A DNA stretch of 55,667 nucleotides from an uncultured Candidatus Saccharibacteria bacterium (GCA_964605355.1 CAZSCE010000003.1:1-55667); one strand, 5' to 3'; counted from the first letter of the stretch, positions 16,035 through 25,552 are shown. Notes: generated from the letters alone by a model not told the origin. Made by a program: numbers and translations.

Positions 16035-16093
16035 TGGTAAAACTCAGGTTTGTGGAACCTGTATCGAGAGTTCAATTCTCTCTAGCCACCCCA
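16019..16093 (+). tRNA. tRNA-His(GTG) with encoded G-1 and CCA
   Basis: G-GTGGCTA-TA-GTTT...CAGGT-TTGTGGA-ACCTG...GAGAG-TTCAATT-CTCTC-TAGCCAC-C-CCA. Confidence 0.94.
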
Positions 16094-16119
16094 ATTTATT
16101 TTTATGTTATTATATTGAC

Positions 16120-17148
16120 ATGAAGAGGAGGGTATTTATCATGTTTTTAATAACCATTTTATTTTCTAGTTTTCTAGGGGTATTTTGTATTTCAAAAACA
16201 GAAGCCGCGGCCTATGAGCGGGTATTTTATTTTAGAGAAGGACCGAATGCCAGGAAATCATTTTTTAGTCATCCGGGGCCAATTGATGTTTTTGCTCCGC
16301 AAAATTATATGGTGGATAATAATGGTCATTTATTAGGCACAGTCAAACCTGACTTATTAGCCTATGCTAGAAATAATAAAATAAAGGTGATGCCGCTTTT
16401 AACTAACGGCGCCTTTAATGCCACTACCAGTAAAATATTTTTAGATGACACAGTTAAGCAGGATGTCTTGATCAATAATTTAGTTTTAGAGGCTAAAAGT
16501 TTTCAATATATTGGTTGGCAAATTGATTTTGAACAAATGGAGCTCTCTTATCGTGATGTTTTTTCTAGGTTTATTGAACGTGCGTATGTGGTATTTCAAA
16601 AAAATAATTTAAAATTAAGTGTAGCGGTAATTGCTCAGATATCAGAAAATCCTAATGACTATCCAAAGAATTTATGGCAAAGGATTATTGGGGTGTATGA
16701 TTATGCTCGGTTGGCCTCTAGCACAGATTTTATCAGTATCATGTCATATGATGACCCAAGCTCAATTGGTCCAGTGACCGGTTATGAATGGCTAAATAAA
16801 GTTATTGATTTTAGTTTAACCAAAATTCCTAAAGAGAAAGTATCTCTCGGGTTAGCTTTTTATTATTGGCAGTGGCGGGATTTAGATGGTAAAAGAACGG
16901 GGATTGGTGGGGTAGAAGGAATAAATAATGTCATAAGTAAATATAAAGTTACATATCATTATAGTACAGAAGAACAGGCCCCATATTTTCACTATTGGAG
17001 TACCAGAGATGGTAAGGGTTACACCATTTGGTATGAGAATGCCAAAAGTATTAGTAAAAAGATAGCCCTAATAAAAGAGCATCAGTTAAAAGGCTTTTCC
17101 GCGTGGGCCCTTGGCCTGGAACTGCCTAGCGTGTATACTGTAATGTAA
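16120..17148 (+). CDS. Secreted glycoside hydrolase family 18 protein
   Basis: Signal peptide, GWQIDFE catalytic DxE, IMSYDD, IWYEN..S...K, GFSAWALG.E. Confidence 0.87.
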   Translation: MKRRVFIMFLITILFSSFLGVFCISKTEAAAYERVFYFREGPNARKSFFSHPGPIDVFAPQNYMVDNNGHLLGTVKPDLLAYARNNKIKVMPLLTNGAFNATTSKIFLDDTVKQDVLINNLVLEAKSFQYIGWQIDFEQMELSYRDVFSRFIERAYVVFQKNNLKLSVAVIAQISENPNDYPKNLWQRIIGVYDYARLASSTDFISIMSYDDPSSIGPVTGYEWLNKVIDFSLTKIPKEKVSLGLAFYYWQWRDLDGKRTGIGGVEGINNVISKYKVTYHYSTEEQAPYFHYWSTRDGKGYTIWYENAKSISKKIALIKEHQLKGFSAWALGLELPSVYTVM

Positions 17149-17180
17149 GCTATACTTTATTAGTTTAATAATAACAAAAC

Positions 17181-17564
17181 ATGCAACCATTTATAAAAAA
17201 TATTGAGAAGGAGACTTTAGAAAATGAGAATTTTAGAACAGTTCTTTATACCTCACAACATGGCCAAGTGGTGGTAATGTCATTATTACCAAATGAGGAG
17301 ATTGGCATGGAGGTGCATGAGACCACAGATCAATTTTTTAGAATTGAGAGCGGGGAAGGGCAAGTAATTATTAATGGGGAGACGTTTCAAATATCTGACG
17401 GTTCTGCCGTGGTGGTGCCGGCTGGTTCAAAACATAATGTGGTAAATACTTCCGGTGATAAATCTCTAAAACTTTATACTATTTATATGCCGCCACATCA
17501 CAAAGATGGCGTGATTCATAGAAACAAAGAAGATGCGGAAAATGACACCGAGGATCACCTTTAA
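17181..17564 (+). CDS. Cupin domain protein
   Basis: EIGMEVH...DQFFRIESG.G, VPAG..HNV.N, KLYTIY.PPHH. Confidence 0.92.
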   Translation: MQPFIKNIEKETLENENFRTVLYTSQHGQVVVMSLLPNEEIGMEVHETTDQFFRIESGEGQVIINGETFQISDGSAVVVPAGSKHNVVNTSGDKSLKLYTIYMPPHHKDGVIHRNKEDAENDTEDHL

Positions 17565-17565
17565 T

Positions 17566-18141
17566 ATGAAGCCGGAAAATATTGAGATTTTAAAGCGTGG
17601 CGGGGTGGGGGTAATACCTACGGATACTATTTATGGATTGGCTTGCTCGGCTTTTTCTGTGACGGCAGTTGAGAGGATTTATAATTTAAAAGGGCGGGAT
17701 GAAAATAAACCATTGGTTATTATAATTTCTGATATTTCTGATTTAGAAAAGTTTGGGGCTAAAGTTTCTGAGGAGCAATTAAAATTTATAAAGAAATATT
17801 GGCCTGGCAAAGTTACTATTATTTTTGAAATCTCCAAAGATTTTAATTATTTAGACAAGGGTTTAGGTTTAGCTATTAGATTACCAGCGGATGAAAATAT
17901 ATTAGAATTTTTAAAACAAAGCGGCCCCCTAGCTACCTCGTCAGCCAATATTCAAGGAAAAATACCAGCTAAAAATATAGAGGAAGCGCAGAAATATTTT
18001 GGGCCGTCTACAAGCCGGGCAGGTGATAAGGTGGATTTTTATGAAGATGCAGGAGAATTGGATTCCGCCCCCTCCACTCTGGTTCGAATTTCTGGTGATA
18101 AGGTAGAAGTTTTACGTGAAGGTGTAGTGAAGATTTTATAA
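17566..18141 (+). CDS. tsaC: L-threonylcarbamoyladenylate synthase (Sua5/YrdC)
   Basis: PTDTIYGL, KGR...KPL, WPG..T, SSAN..G, PST, LREG. Confidence 0.93.
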   Translation: MKPENIEILKRGGVGVIPTDTIYGLACSAFSVTAVERIYNLKGRDENKPLVIIISDISDLEKFGAKVSEEQLKFIKKYWPGKVTIIFEISKDFNYLDKGLGLAIRLPADENILEFLKQSGPLATSSANIQGKIPAKNIEEAQKYFGPSTSRAGDKVDFYEDAGELDSAPSTLVRISGDKVEVLREGVVKIL

Positions 18142-18184
18142 GTGGAAACAGGACTTTTTTCTCTATTTCTGCTATATTTGGCAT

Positions 18185-19072
18185 ATGTTAAATATATTAA
18201 TTACAAAACCAAGTAAGGGCTATGAACTGATTGATTCCGGAGACGGGGAGAAACTGGAGCGGTTTGGGGAGTTTACCCTGAGACGGCCTGATCCACAGGT
18301 CCTGTGGCGTAAAAATTTAGAGGAAGCTCACTGGAAATTGGCTGATGCTTCTTTTATTCGTGATGGACATAATACCAAATGGAAAACCAAAGAGGGGTTG
18401 CCAAAAGAGTGGGTAATAGAAATGCTTGCCCGCCCAGATGGAGGGTCTGGACTTAAATTTGTTATTTCACCAACCGCTTTTAAACACACTGGTTTATTTC
18501 CAGAACAGGAACCAAACTGGTTATGGATCAAGGAGCAGGTGAAGAAAGCGGGCCGCCCAATTAAAATATTAAATCTTTTTGGTTACACCGGTGGCGCCAC
18601 CTTGGCTGGGCTTTCTGCCGGGGCAGAAGTCACTCAGGTGGACAGTTCTAAAAGCGCTATTACTTGGGCTAAACAAAACGCCGAGGCGTCAAAACTGGAT
18701 GATAAAAAAGTGCGCTGGATAGAAGATGATGCCCGCAAATTTGTGCAGCGTGAAATAAAAAGGGGGGTAAAATATGACGCCATTATTATGGATCCGCCGG
18801 CTTTTGGTCACGGCGCTAATAATGAATTATGGAAAATTGAAGAGGATTTTTTAAGCCTATTGGATTTATGTGCTCAAATATTATCAGACAAACCTTTATT
18901 TGTTTTAGTAAACGGATATTCTGCCGGTTATTCTGCTTTGGCTTATAAAAATAGTTTATTATCTTTTCAAAAAAAGTTTGGTGGGGAGATAGAAAGTGGG
19001 GAATTAGCCTTGGAAGAAAGTAAGTCTGGCCGGCTCCTGCCCGCTGGTATATTTGCCAAAATCTCTTTTTAA
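18185..19072 (+). CDS. Class I SAM-dependent methyltransferase (RlmI/YwbD-like)
   Basis: HTGLFPEQ, ILNLFGYTGGAT, VD.S, DPPAFG. Confidence 0.88.
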   Translation: MLNILITKPSKGYELIDSGDGEKLERFGEFTLRRPDPQVLWRKNLEEAHWKLADASFIRDGHNTKWKTKEGLPKEWVIEMLARPDGGSGLKFVISPTAFKHTGLFPEQEPNWLWIKEQVKKAGRPIKILNLFGYTGGATLAGLSAGAEVTQVDSSKSAITWAKQNAEASKLDDKKVRWIEDDARKFVQREIKRGVKYDAIIMDPPAFGHGANNELWKIEEDFLSLLDLCAQILSDKPLFVLVNGYSAGYSALAYKNSLLSFQKKFGGEIESGELALEESKSGRLLPAGIFAKISF

Positions 19073-19140
19073 GATAGGTATTTTATTCGTTGGTGCCCGG
19101 TATGTTTTTTGTGCTATAATACTGTCATAAATTAAATACT

Positions 19141-20625
19141 ATGATAAAAAATAAAATTCGTTCACTATTTCATTTTATAAAAGCTCACAAAATTTGGTCT
19201 GTTGTTATTGGTCTTGTAATAATTGGAATTGCCTGGTATATAATTTCCGGTGGCAAAAGTGCGGTGCCACCTACTTTTGTATTAGCAGAAAGAGGTAATA
19301 TCAAAGAAATAGTGAGTGTTACCGGTAATGTAAAGCCTTTATCTGACGTGTCTTTAGCTTTTGAGCGCGGTGGACGGATGGCTAATATAAATGTGGCGGT
19401 TGGTGATAAAGTGTATACCGGGCAAACATTAGCTTCTGTGTCTAACGCCGATTTAGTGGCTAATCTGGACCAAGCAAAGGCAAACTTAAAAAAGGTTCAG
19501 GCTGGCCTGGGGGACAATGCTGAGCAAACATCCTTGAGCTTTTTTCAAGCAGAAAATTCATTAGTAAATTCTATCAAGGACTCTTATACCAAAGCAGATG
19601 ATGCTCTCCGGAATAAAATATATTCTCTATTTACTGATGCGGTAAAATACAATGCTAGATTGAGTTTTACTACAGACACTTCTTTGCAGGAAGATATTGA
19701 GGATGGTAAGGATAATATGGTGGACAGTTTAGATAGTTGGTACCGCACCCTTAATAAAACTAATATTTCTACTAATTTGGAGATTAATTATAATGTTGCT
19801 AAAACTAATTTAACCTCCTTAAAATCATTATTAGATAAGTGTGCTGAAGCGGTAAACGGCTTGAGTGCTGGTGATGTAACTCAAACACAAATTGATACTT
19901 GGAAAACAGGTATTTCTACTGCGAGAACAAATATAAACACCGCCATTGATACTTTAGTTGCCTCATATAATAACTACACCAGCGCCGGTTTATCACTAAA
20001 AATTTCCAAGAATAGTACTTTATCAGAAGAGGCCGGTATTGACCAAGCCAAGGCGGGGGTGGCTAGTGCCGAGGCGGAATTAGCAAAAACTATTATTACG
20101 GCTCCTATTAGCGGAGTTATTACCAGTGTGGATGCCAAAGCTGGTGAGATGGTCCAGACGGCCAAAAATATTATTTCCGTTATTTCGTATGGTGATTATG
20201 AGGTGGAATCATTTGTGCCAGAGGCAGATATTGCCAAAGTAAATCTGGGTGATTTGGCCAGCACCACTCTAGACGCTTATAGAAATACGGTTAATTTTGA
20301 TACTAAAGTAATTAAAATAGATCCGGCGGCTACTGTTATTGACGGTGTGCCAACCTATAAAGTTACTTCAAAGTTTATAAATCAAGATAGTAGAATAAAA
20401 TCCGGGATGACTGCTAATTTGGATATATTAACTGCGGAAAAGGAGGGGGTTCTCATTGTGCCAGCTAGGGCGGTGATCACAGATGGGGATAAATTTGTTG
20501 AAATATTAAACATAGATAAAACAACTTCAGAAATTAAAGTGGAAGTTGGTTTACGTGGCTCTGATGGTATGGTGGAAATTATTTCCGGCCTAAAGGTGGG
20601 GGACAAAGTGGTAACTTCTCTTTAA
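19141..20625 (+). CDS. Efflux membrane-fusion (MacA/HlyD-like) adaptor
   Basis: N-terminal TM, lipoyl half-motifs (VAVGDKV..GQ.LA; I.APISGVI), long helical region, GMTA, EIISGLK.GD.V. Confidence 0.9.
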   Translation: MIKNKIRSLFHFIKAHKIWSVVIGLVIIGIAWYIISGGKSAVPPTFVLAERGNIKEIVSVTGNVKPLSDVSLAFERGGRMANINVAVGDKVYTGQTLASVSNADLVANLDQAKANLKKVQAGLGDNAEQTSLSFFQAENSLVNSIKDSYTKADDALRNKIYSLFTDAVKYNARLSFTTDTSLQEDIEDGKDNMVDSLDSWYRTLNKTNISTNLEINYNVAKTNLTSLKSLLDKCAEAVNGLSAGDVTQTQIDTWKTGISTARTNINTAIDTLVASYNNYTSAGLSLKISKNSTLSEEAGIDQAKAGVASAEAELAKTIITAPISGVITSVDAKAGEMVQTAKNIISVISYGDYEVESFVPEADIAKVNLGDLASTTLDAYRNTVNFDTKVIKIDPAATVIDGVPTYKVTSKFINQDSRIKSGMTANLDILTAEKEGVLIVPARAVITDGDKFVEILNIDKTTSEIKVEVGLRGSDGMVEIISGLKVGDKVVTSL

Positions 20626-20634
20626 CTTTGAAAT

Positions 20635-21354
20635 ATGAACATTATTGAGGCAAAAAATCTGGCCAAAATTTATGATAATGATGGCGTAAAAACTAAGGCC
20701 CTTGCTGGTGTAACTTTTGATATTAAAAAAGGCGAGTTTGTGGCCATTATGGGTCCATCTGGCTCTGGGAAATCCACCCTACTTCAAATTTTAGGTTTAC
20801 TTGATGATTATTCCCACGGTGAGTATAAATTTATTGGGAAAAATGTAAAAACTCTTAATCCAGAAGAGGTGGCCAGAATCAGAAATGAGGAAATGGGTTT
20901 TGTTTTTCAGGCCTTTAACCTTTTACCAAAATCGACCGTCTTAGAAAACGTAAAACTTCCTTTATTATATTCTGATCATCCGGAAAGTGAGTGGGAGGAA
21001 CTAGCTACCAAAGCTGTGCAGGAAGTGGGCCTCATGCACCGTATAAATCATGAAGCTAATCAGCTCTCCGGTGGAGAAAAACAACGAGTGGCTATTGCCA
21101 GAGCTTTGGTTCATAATCCGGCTATTATTTTTCTAGATGAGCCCACCGGTAACCTGGATTCTAAATCTGGGCAGGCAATTGTGGAAATAATTCAGAAATT
21201 AAATAAAGATTTGGGTCACACTATCATTTTAATTACTCATGAAACTTATACTGCAGAGTATGCGGAGAGAATTATCCGATTACATGACGGAGAGATTGTT
21301 AGTGATGTTCAAGTTTCTAATCGCCGAACCCATGCTGAAGATTTTATAAAATAA
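20635..21354 (+). CDS. ABC transporter ATP-binding protein (MacB/LolD type)
   Basis: GPSGSGKS, LSGGEKQRVAIARAL, DEPTGNLD. Confidence 0.95.
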   Translation: MNIIEAKNLAKIYDNDGVKTKALAGVTFDIKKGEFVAIMGPSGSGKSTLLQILGLLDDYSHGEYKFIGKNVKTLNPEEVARIRNEEMGFVFQAFNLLPKSTVLENVKLPLLYSDHPESEWEELATKAVQEVGLMHRINHEANQLSGGEKQRVAIARALVHNPAIIFLDEPTGNLDSKSGQAIVEIIQKLNKDLGHTIILITHETYTAEYAERIIRLHDGEIVSDVQVSNRRTHAEDFIK

Positions 21355-21358
21355 AAAG

Positions 21359-22591
21359 ATGAAATTAAAATATAGTATAAAAACCGCTTTGAGTGGACTC
21401 CGAACGCATAAATCACGCTCCGCTTTAACTATTTTAGGAATTGTGATTGGTATCACTTCTATAATTTTAGTTATGTCACTGGGGCAGGGGGCGCAGAATC
21501 TTATCTTGGATCAGGTCAAGGGTTTGGGAGCAACCACGGTTATTGTTCTGCCTGGTAAAATTTCCTTTGGGCCCTCAACTGCCGCCCAAACTATGAATGA
21601 TTCCTTGAAAGAAAAAGATTTGAAACTTATAGAGTCAAAAGCTAATGTGCCACATGCCAAATACGCTATGCCAATGGTGGTGGGGGCGGGTAAAGCAGTT
21701 TTTGGCAGTAATGTGTATCAGGTAGCCGTTTTTGGCTCCGGAGATTTAGTGCCAGATATTTTTAGTATTATACCAGATCGGGGATATTTCTTTACTGCTG
21801 ATGATGTACTTAGCCGGGCCGCTGTTGTGGTGATTGGTTATAAAGTAAAGCAACGTCTTTTTGATGGGGATGAGGCAGTGGGGCAGAAAATAAGAATTAA
21901 AAATAATACTTTTAAAGTGGTGGGTGTTTTACCAGAAAAAGGTTCATCATCCAGTTTTGATGATGCAGTTTTTATGCCCTATACCACTACCCAGCAGTAC
22001 ATAACCGGGACAAAATATTATAGCCGAATTGTGGTAGAAGCAGATTCTAAAGATAATCTTCGTGGAACGGTGGAGGATATTAAAATTACTTTAAGAAATT
22101 CTCATAATATTACAGATCCAGAAAAAGATGATTTTTCTGTCACCACCGCCGCTGACGTGGCCGCTACTTTGGGTACTATTACCAGCGCCCTGACTGCTTT
22201 CTTGGCTGCTGTGGCCGCTATTTCCCTGATTGTAGGTGGTATTGGCATTATGAATATCATGCTAGTTTCTGTGACGGAGAGGACAAAGGAAATTGGTTTA
22301 CGAAAAGCGATTGGGGCCACTGACAGAGATATTTTAACTCAATTTTTATTAGAAGCGGTGATCCTCACCGGAACAGGGGGAGTCATAGGTATTATATTGG
22401 GGACGGGTTTGTCATTTATAATTTCACTATTAATAACTAAATATGGCGGCTTAGCCTGGACATTTACTTTCCCAATTATGGCCGCGATCCTAGGTATTGG
22501 TGTCTCCAGCCTCGTGGGCCTAGTCTTTGGTATTTACCCCGCCCGCCAGGCCGCCAAAAAATCTCCAATGGAAGCACTTCGTTATGAATAG
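21359..22591 (+). CDS. ABC transporter permease (MacB/FtsX family)
   Basis: RS.LT.LGIVIG, GGIGIMNIMLVSVTERTKEIGLRKAIGA, P.EALRYE. Confidence 0.95.
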   Translation: MKLKYSIKTALSGLRTHKSRSALTILGIVIGITSIILVMSLGQGAQNLILDQVKGLGATTVIVLPGKISFGPSTAAQTMNDSLKEKDLKLIESKANVPHAKYAMPMVVGAGKAVFGSNVYQVAVFGSGDLVPDIFSIIPDRGYFFTADDVLSRAAVVVIGYKVKQRLFDGDEAVGQKIRIKNNTFKVVGVLPEKGSSSSFDDAVFMPYTTTQQYITGTKYYSRIVVEADSKDNLRGTVEDIKITLRNSHNITDPEKDDFSVTTAADVAATLGTITSALTAFLAAVAAISLIVGGIGIMNIMLVSVTERTKEIGLRKAIGATDRDILTQFLLEAVILTGTGGVIGIILGTGLSFIISLLITKYGGLAWTFTFPIMAAILGIGVSSLVGLVFGIYPARQAAKKSPMEALRYE

Positions 22592-22623
22592 CTTTTATTT
22601 TATTTATATATTAGTATTTCTCC

Positions 22624-23529
22624 ATGCCTAAAATACTAGATGGAAAAATTGTAAGGGACGGGATAATGGCCGATTTAAAAAAGAAAATTGGTGATTTTAA
22701 AGTAGTGCCCACATTAGCGATAATTAAAATTGGTGATAATCCAGATTCGGATATTTATGTACAGAGGAAATTAGCCTTTGCTAAAAAGATAGGCGTAAAT
22801 GCTTACATTGTAGATTTAAATATTATTGAAAGTGGGGAGAAAAGGGAAATTAATCAAGAAGAATTATTATTGGCTGTTGAAAAATTAAATAAAGATGAAA
22901 GTGTGAATGGCATAATTATTCAAGCCCCTTTACCACCGCCTTTGAATTGGGCGGAAGCGGTAGGAAAGGTGTTAAAAGAAAAAGATGTGGATGGTATGCA
23001 TTCGGATTTTATTTCACCCACAGCCAGAGGGGTGCTCACTCTTTTAAATTATTATAAAATTCCAGTGAAAGGTAAAAAAGTGGTGGTGATGGGGCGGTCA
23101 GCCCTAGTGGGGACACCAGTGGCGGAACTTATGAGAAGAAATGGCGCTGACGTGACCGTGGTGCATAGTCAGACTGAAAACCCAGACAAAATTACCAGGC
23201 AGGCTGATATTTTGATTGTAGCTATTGGGAAACCGGAACTGGTGGGGGCGGATTACGTAAAAGAGGGGGCGGTGGTTATAGATGTGGGAATTAGTACTGT
23301 AATTAAAAATGACGGCACTTTCAACCGCCCCCGTCATCAGAATGCCACCCCCTCCTCATCTGATGAGGGGGTTAGATCGAAGCCTTTGGCTACTGTGGTT
23401 GGAGATGTGGATTTTGAATCAGTGCAAGATCTAGTGACCGCTATTTCTCCGGTGCCGGGTGGGGTAGGGCCTATGACGGTGGCCTCATTATTTCAAAATT
23501 TGGTAGATTCCTGTTCCCCCTCTCATTAG
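22624..23529 (+). CDS. folD: Methylene-THF dehydrogenase/cyclohydrolase with an in-frame repeat insertion
   Basis: ILDGK, KDVDG, GRS.LVG.P, VIDVG, GDVD, PVPGGVGPMTV. Confidence 0.95.
   Translation: MPKILDGKIVRDGIMADLKKKIGDFKVVPTLAIIKIGDNPDSDIYVQRKLAFAKKIGVNAYIVDLNIIESGEKREINQEELLLAVEKLNKDESVNGIIIQAPLPPPLNWAEAVGKVLKEKDVDGMHSDFISPTARGVLTLLNYYKIPVKGKKVVVMGRSALVGTPVAELMRRNGADVTVVHSQTENPDKITRQADILIVAIGKPELVGADYVKEGAVVIDVGISTVIKNDGTFNRPRHQNATPSSSDEGVRSKPLATVVGDVDFESVQDLVTAISPVPGGVGPMTVASLFQNLVDSCSPSH
23322..23372 (+). repeat. Family A half-element in frame in folD (NRPRHQNATPSSSDEG)
   Basis: CAACCGCCCCCGTCATCAGAATGCCACCCCCTCCTCATCTGATGAGGGGG, matching 8904 and 5198. Confidence 0.85.
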
Positions 23530-23558
23530 TTAAGGGGAGGGGTTAGGAGTGAGGTTGT
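23514..23558. repeat. Family A-related end element; overlaps the folD stop
   Basis: TTCCCCCTCTCATTAGTTAAGGGGAGGGGTTAGGAGTGAGGTTG; near-identical at 24651-24693. Confidence 0.8.
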
Positions 23559-23628
23559 GTTAAAATATGCTATAATAGTGTAGTTGGGTTTTATTAGTTT
23601 AGTTAACTTGCCCGTATAGGGTAAAAAA

Positions 23629-24507
23629 ATGGATACAAATAATCAAAATACAAATACTTGTTGTTCGGGAGGAAATTGCGCGGAAGGTGAGGGAAAGAAA
23701 TGTGATTGTAAAATGTGTCAGAAGGTAGGTTGGTGCCCGGCTAGTATGGGCAGGGGACATCGGGTAATAAAGTGGATAGTAATAATCATTATTATCATTT
23801 TTATCGGCAATATGGTTTCCTGTGATCATGAGGGTTGGAGAGATAATAATCAGATTGTAAATACCATTACCGTATCGGGACTTGGTGAAGTGGTGGTCAA
23901 GCCGGATATTGCTACCGTTTCTTTTGGTGTTACAGCTGAAAATCTGGATGTAGCCAAAGCGCAAACAACCGCAACCACCAAGATGAACAATATTATTAAC
24001 CTTTTGAAAGAAAAAGGTGTAGCCGAAAAGGATATAAAATTAACAAATTATAATATTTATCCCAGGTATGATTACACCCCTACTTCTTCAATTTATCCTT
24101 ATACTGGCAAGCAAGTTTTAGCGGCTTATGTTGTTTCTCAAACAGTAGAGGTAAAGATTCGTGACATTTCCAAAGCAGGGGCAATACTTACCGGTGTCGG
24201 TGAGTTTGGGGTGACGGATGTGAGTGGTTTAACTTTTACCGTTGATAATGAGAATGTAGTTAAAGATCAAGCTAGAGATTTGGCCATTATTGATGCCAAG
24301 GATCAAGCCAAGGTTTTAGCAAAAGGTTTGGGTGTCAGATTGGTTAAAATTACCAGTTTCTCTGAAGGGGGAAATTATCCGATATACTCCATGAATAAGA
24401 GTATGGCTCTAGGTATTGGTGGTGCTGATGCCGCTATAGCTCCACAGGTGCCAATGGGGGAGAATAAAATCACCTCAAACGTGACTATCACTTACGAAAT
24501 TAAATAA
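23629..24507 (+). CDS. SIMPL/DUF541 family protein with Cys-rich N-terminal extension
   Basis: TITVSG.GEV.VKPD.A, A...A...AK..A..LA..LGV.L, GE..I...V...YEI. Confidence 0.9.
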   Translation: MDTNNQNTNTCCSGGNCAEGEGKKCDCKMCQKVGWCPASMGRGHRVIKWIVIIIIIIFIGNMVSCDHEGWRDNNQIVNTITVSGLGEVVVKPDIATVSFGVTAENLDVAKAQTTATTKMNNIINLLKEKGVAEKDIKLTNYNIYPRYDYTPTSSIYPYTGKQVLAAYVVSQTVEVKIRDISKAGAILTGVGEFGVTDVSGLTFTVDNENVVKDQARDLAIIDAKDQAKVLAKGLGVRLVKITSFSEGGNYPIYSMNKSMALGIGGADAAIAPQVPMGENKITSNVTITYEIK

Positions 24508-24514
24508 GCCTTAC

Positions 24515-24647
24515 GAAGGTTATCAAATATAGCTTTTTCTTTGCACGATAATAATTTTGTCGTCTCAAAATTATTTCTCTACTCCCTCAGTTTCTTGCTA
24601 GAAACTTCAGTCCGTAAGGCACGAAAAAGCAATATCTGATAACCTTC
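24515..24647. repeat. Structured palindromic element, family D, copy 2
   Basis: Arms GAAGGTTATCA/TGATAACCTTC; core blocks identical to 1195-1331. Confidence 0.85.
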
Positions 24648-24650
24648 TAT

Positions 24651-24693
24651 TTCCCCTCCTATTAGTTAAGGGGAGGGGTTAGGGGTGAGGTTG
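24651..24693. repeat. Family A-related end element
   Basis: TTCCCCTCCTATTAGTTAAGGGGAGGGGTTAGGGGTGAGGTTG. Confidence 0.8.
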
Positions 24694-24767
24694 CTATATA
24701 TTTTGTTTTGTGCTAGTATTGAAAGACCTCGGAGACGGGGTTTTTTAATAAGATAATTTAAAATATT

Positions 24768-24950
24768 ATGAGTAAATTAACTGAATATTTAAGTGAGACC
24801 AAGGCTGAATTAAAGCATGTTACCTGGCCTACAAAAAACCAAGCCATTTTATTTACCGTGATTGTAGTGGTGTTTTCTATTGCCACTGCTTTTTTCCTAG
24901 GTGCTTTTGACTTTCTATTTACCAAAGGGTTAGGCTTATTCATTCAATAA
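24768..24950 (+). CDS. secE: Preprotein translocase subunit SecE
   Basis: ELKHVTWPT + TM; directly upstream of nusG. Confidence 0.95.
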   Translation: MSKLTEYLSETKAELKHVTWPTKNQAILFTVIVVVFSIATAFFLGAFDFLFTKGLGLFIQ

Positions 24951-24951
24951 T

Positions 24952-25497
24952 ATGGCTAAACAAAATATACAAGAAGGTAGAAATTGGTATGCTATCCACA
25001 CTTACGCCGGTTATGAAAATGCGGTAGCTAGAAATTTGAAACAAAGAATTGATTCACTAAACATGAATGAAAAGATTTTTGATGTGATTGTCCCAATTGA
25101 GAAAAAAATAAAAGTTAAGGGTGGTAAGAGAGTGGAGGAAGAGGAAAAGATCTATCCTGGATATGTTTTGGTGGATATGATTGTAACTGATGATTCCTGG
25201 TATGTGGTGAGAAATACTCCACGTGTAACTGGGTTTGTGGGTTCTGGAGTTTTCCCTGTGCCACTAGAAAAGAAAGAAATTGAGAATATTTTCACCAGAA
25301 TGAATGCCGGTACAGTCAAACATAACTCCGGTTTGGTGATGGATGATGCCGTGATCATTACTGATGGTCCATTTAAAGATTTGGAGGGTAAAGTGAGCGA
25401 GATAGACAATGATAGGGGTAAGGTCAAGGTATTAGTACTCATGTTTGGCCGGGAGACTTCAGTAGAGCTTGATATGTTGCAAATCAGAAGAATTTAG
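24952..25497 (+). CDS. nusG: Transcription termination/antitermination factor NusG
   Basis: WYAIHTYAGYE, PGYVLV, RNTPRVTGFVG, GPF, MFGRET. Confidence 0.98.
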   Translation: MAKQNIQEGRNWYAIHTYAGYENAVARNLKQRIDSLNMNEKIFDVIVPIEKKIKVKGGKRVEEEEKIYPGYVLVDMIVTDDSWYVVRNTPRVTGFVGSGVFPVPLEKKEIENIFTRMNAGTVKHNSGLVMDDAVIITDGPFKDLEGKVSEIDNDRGKVKVLVLMFGRETSVELDMLQIRRI

Positions 25498-25552
25498 GTA
25501 TTATTAGAAATCTGATTGCTTCTAAATCAGATAAGTTAAAAATCGATAATTC

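Noticed and set aside
22536-22556. GC-rich CCCGCCCGCCAGGCCGCC as a family G insert
   Set aside because: It encodes the conserved YPARQAA motif of MacB-type permeases.
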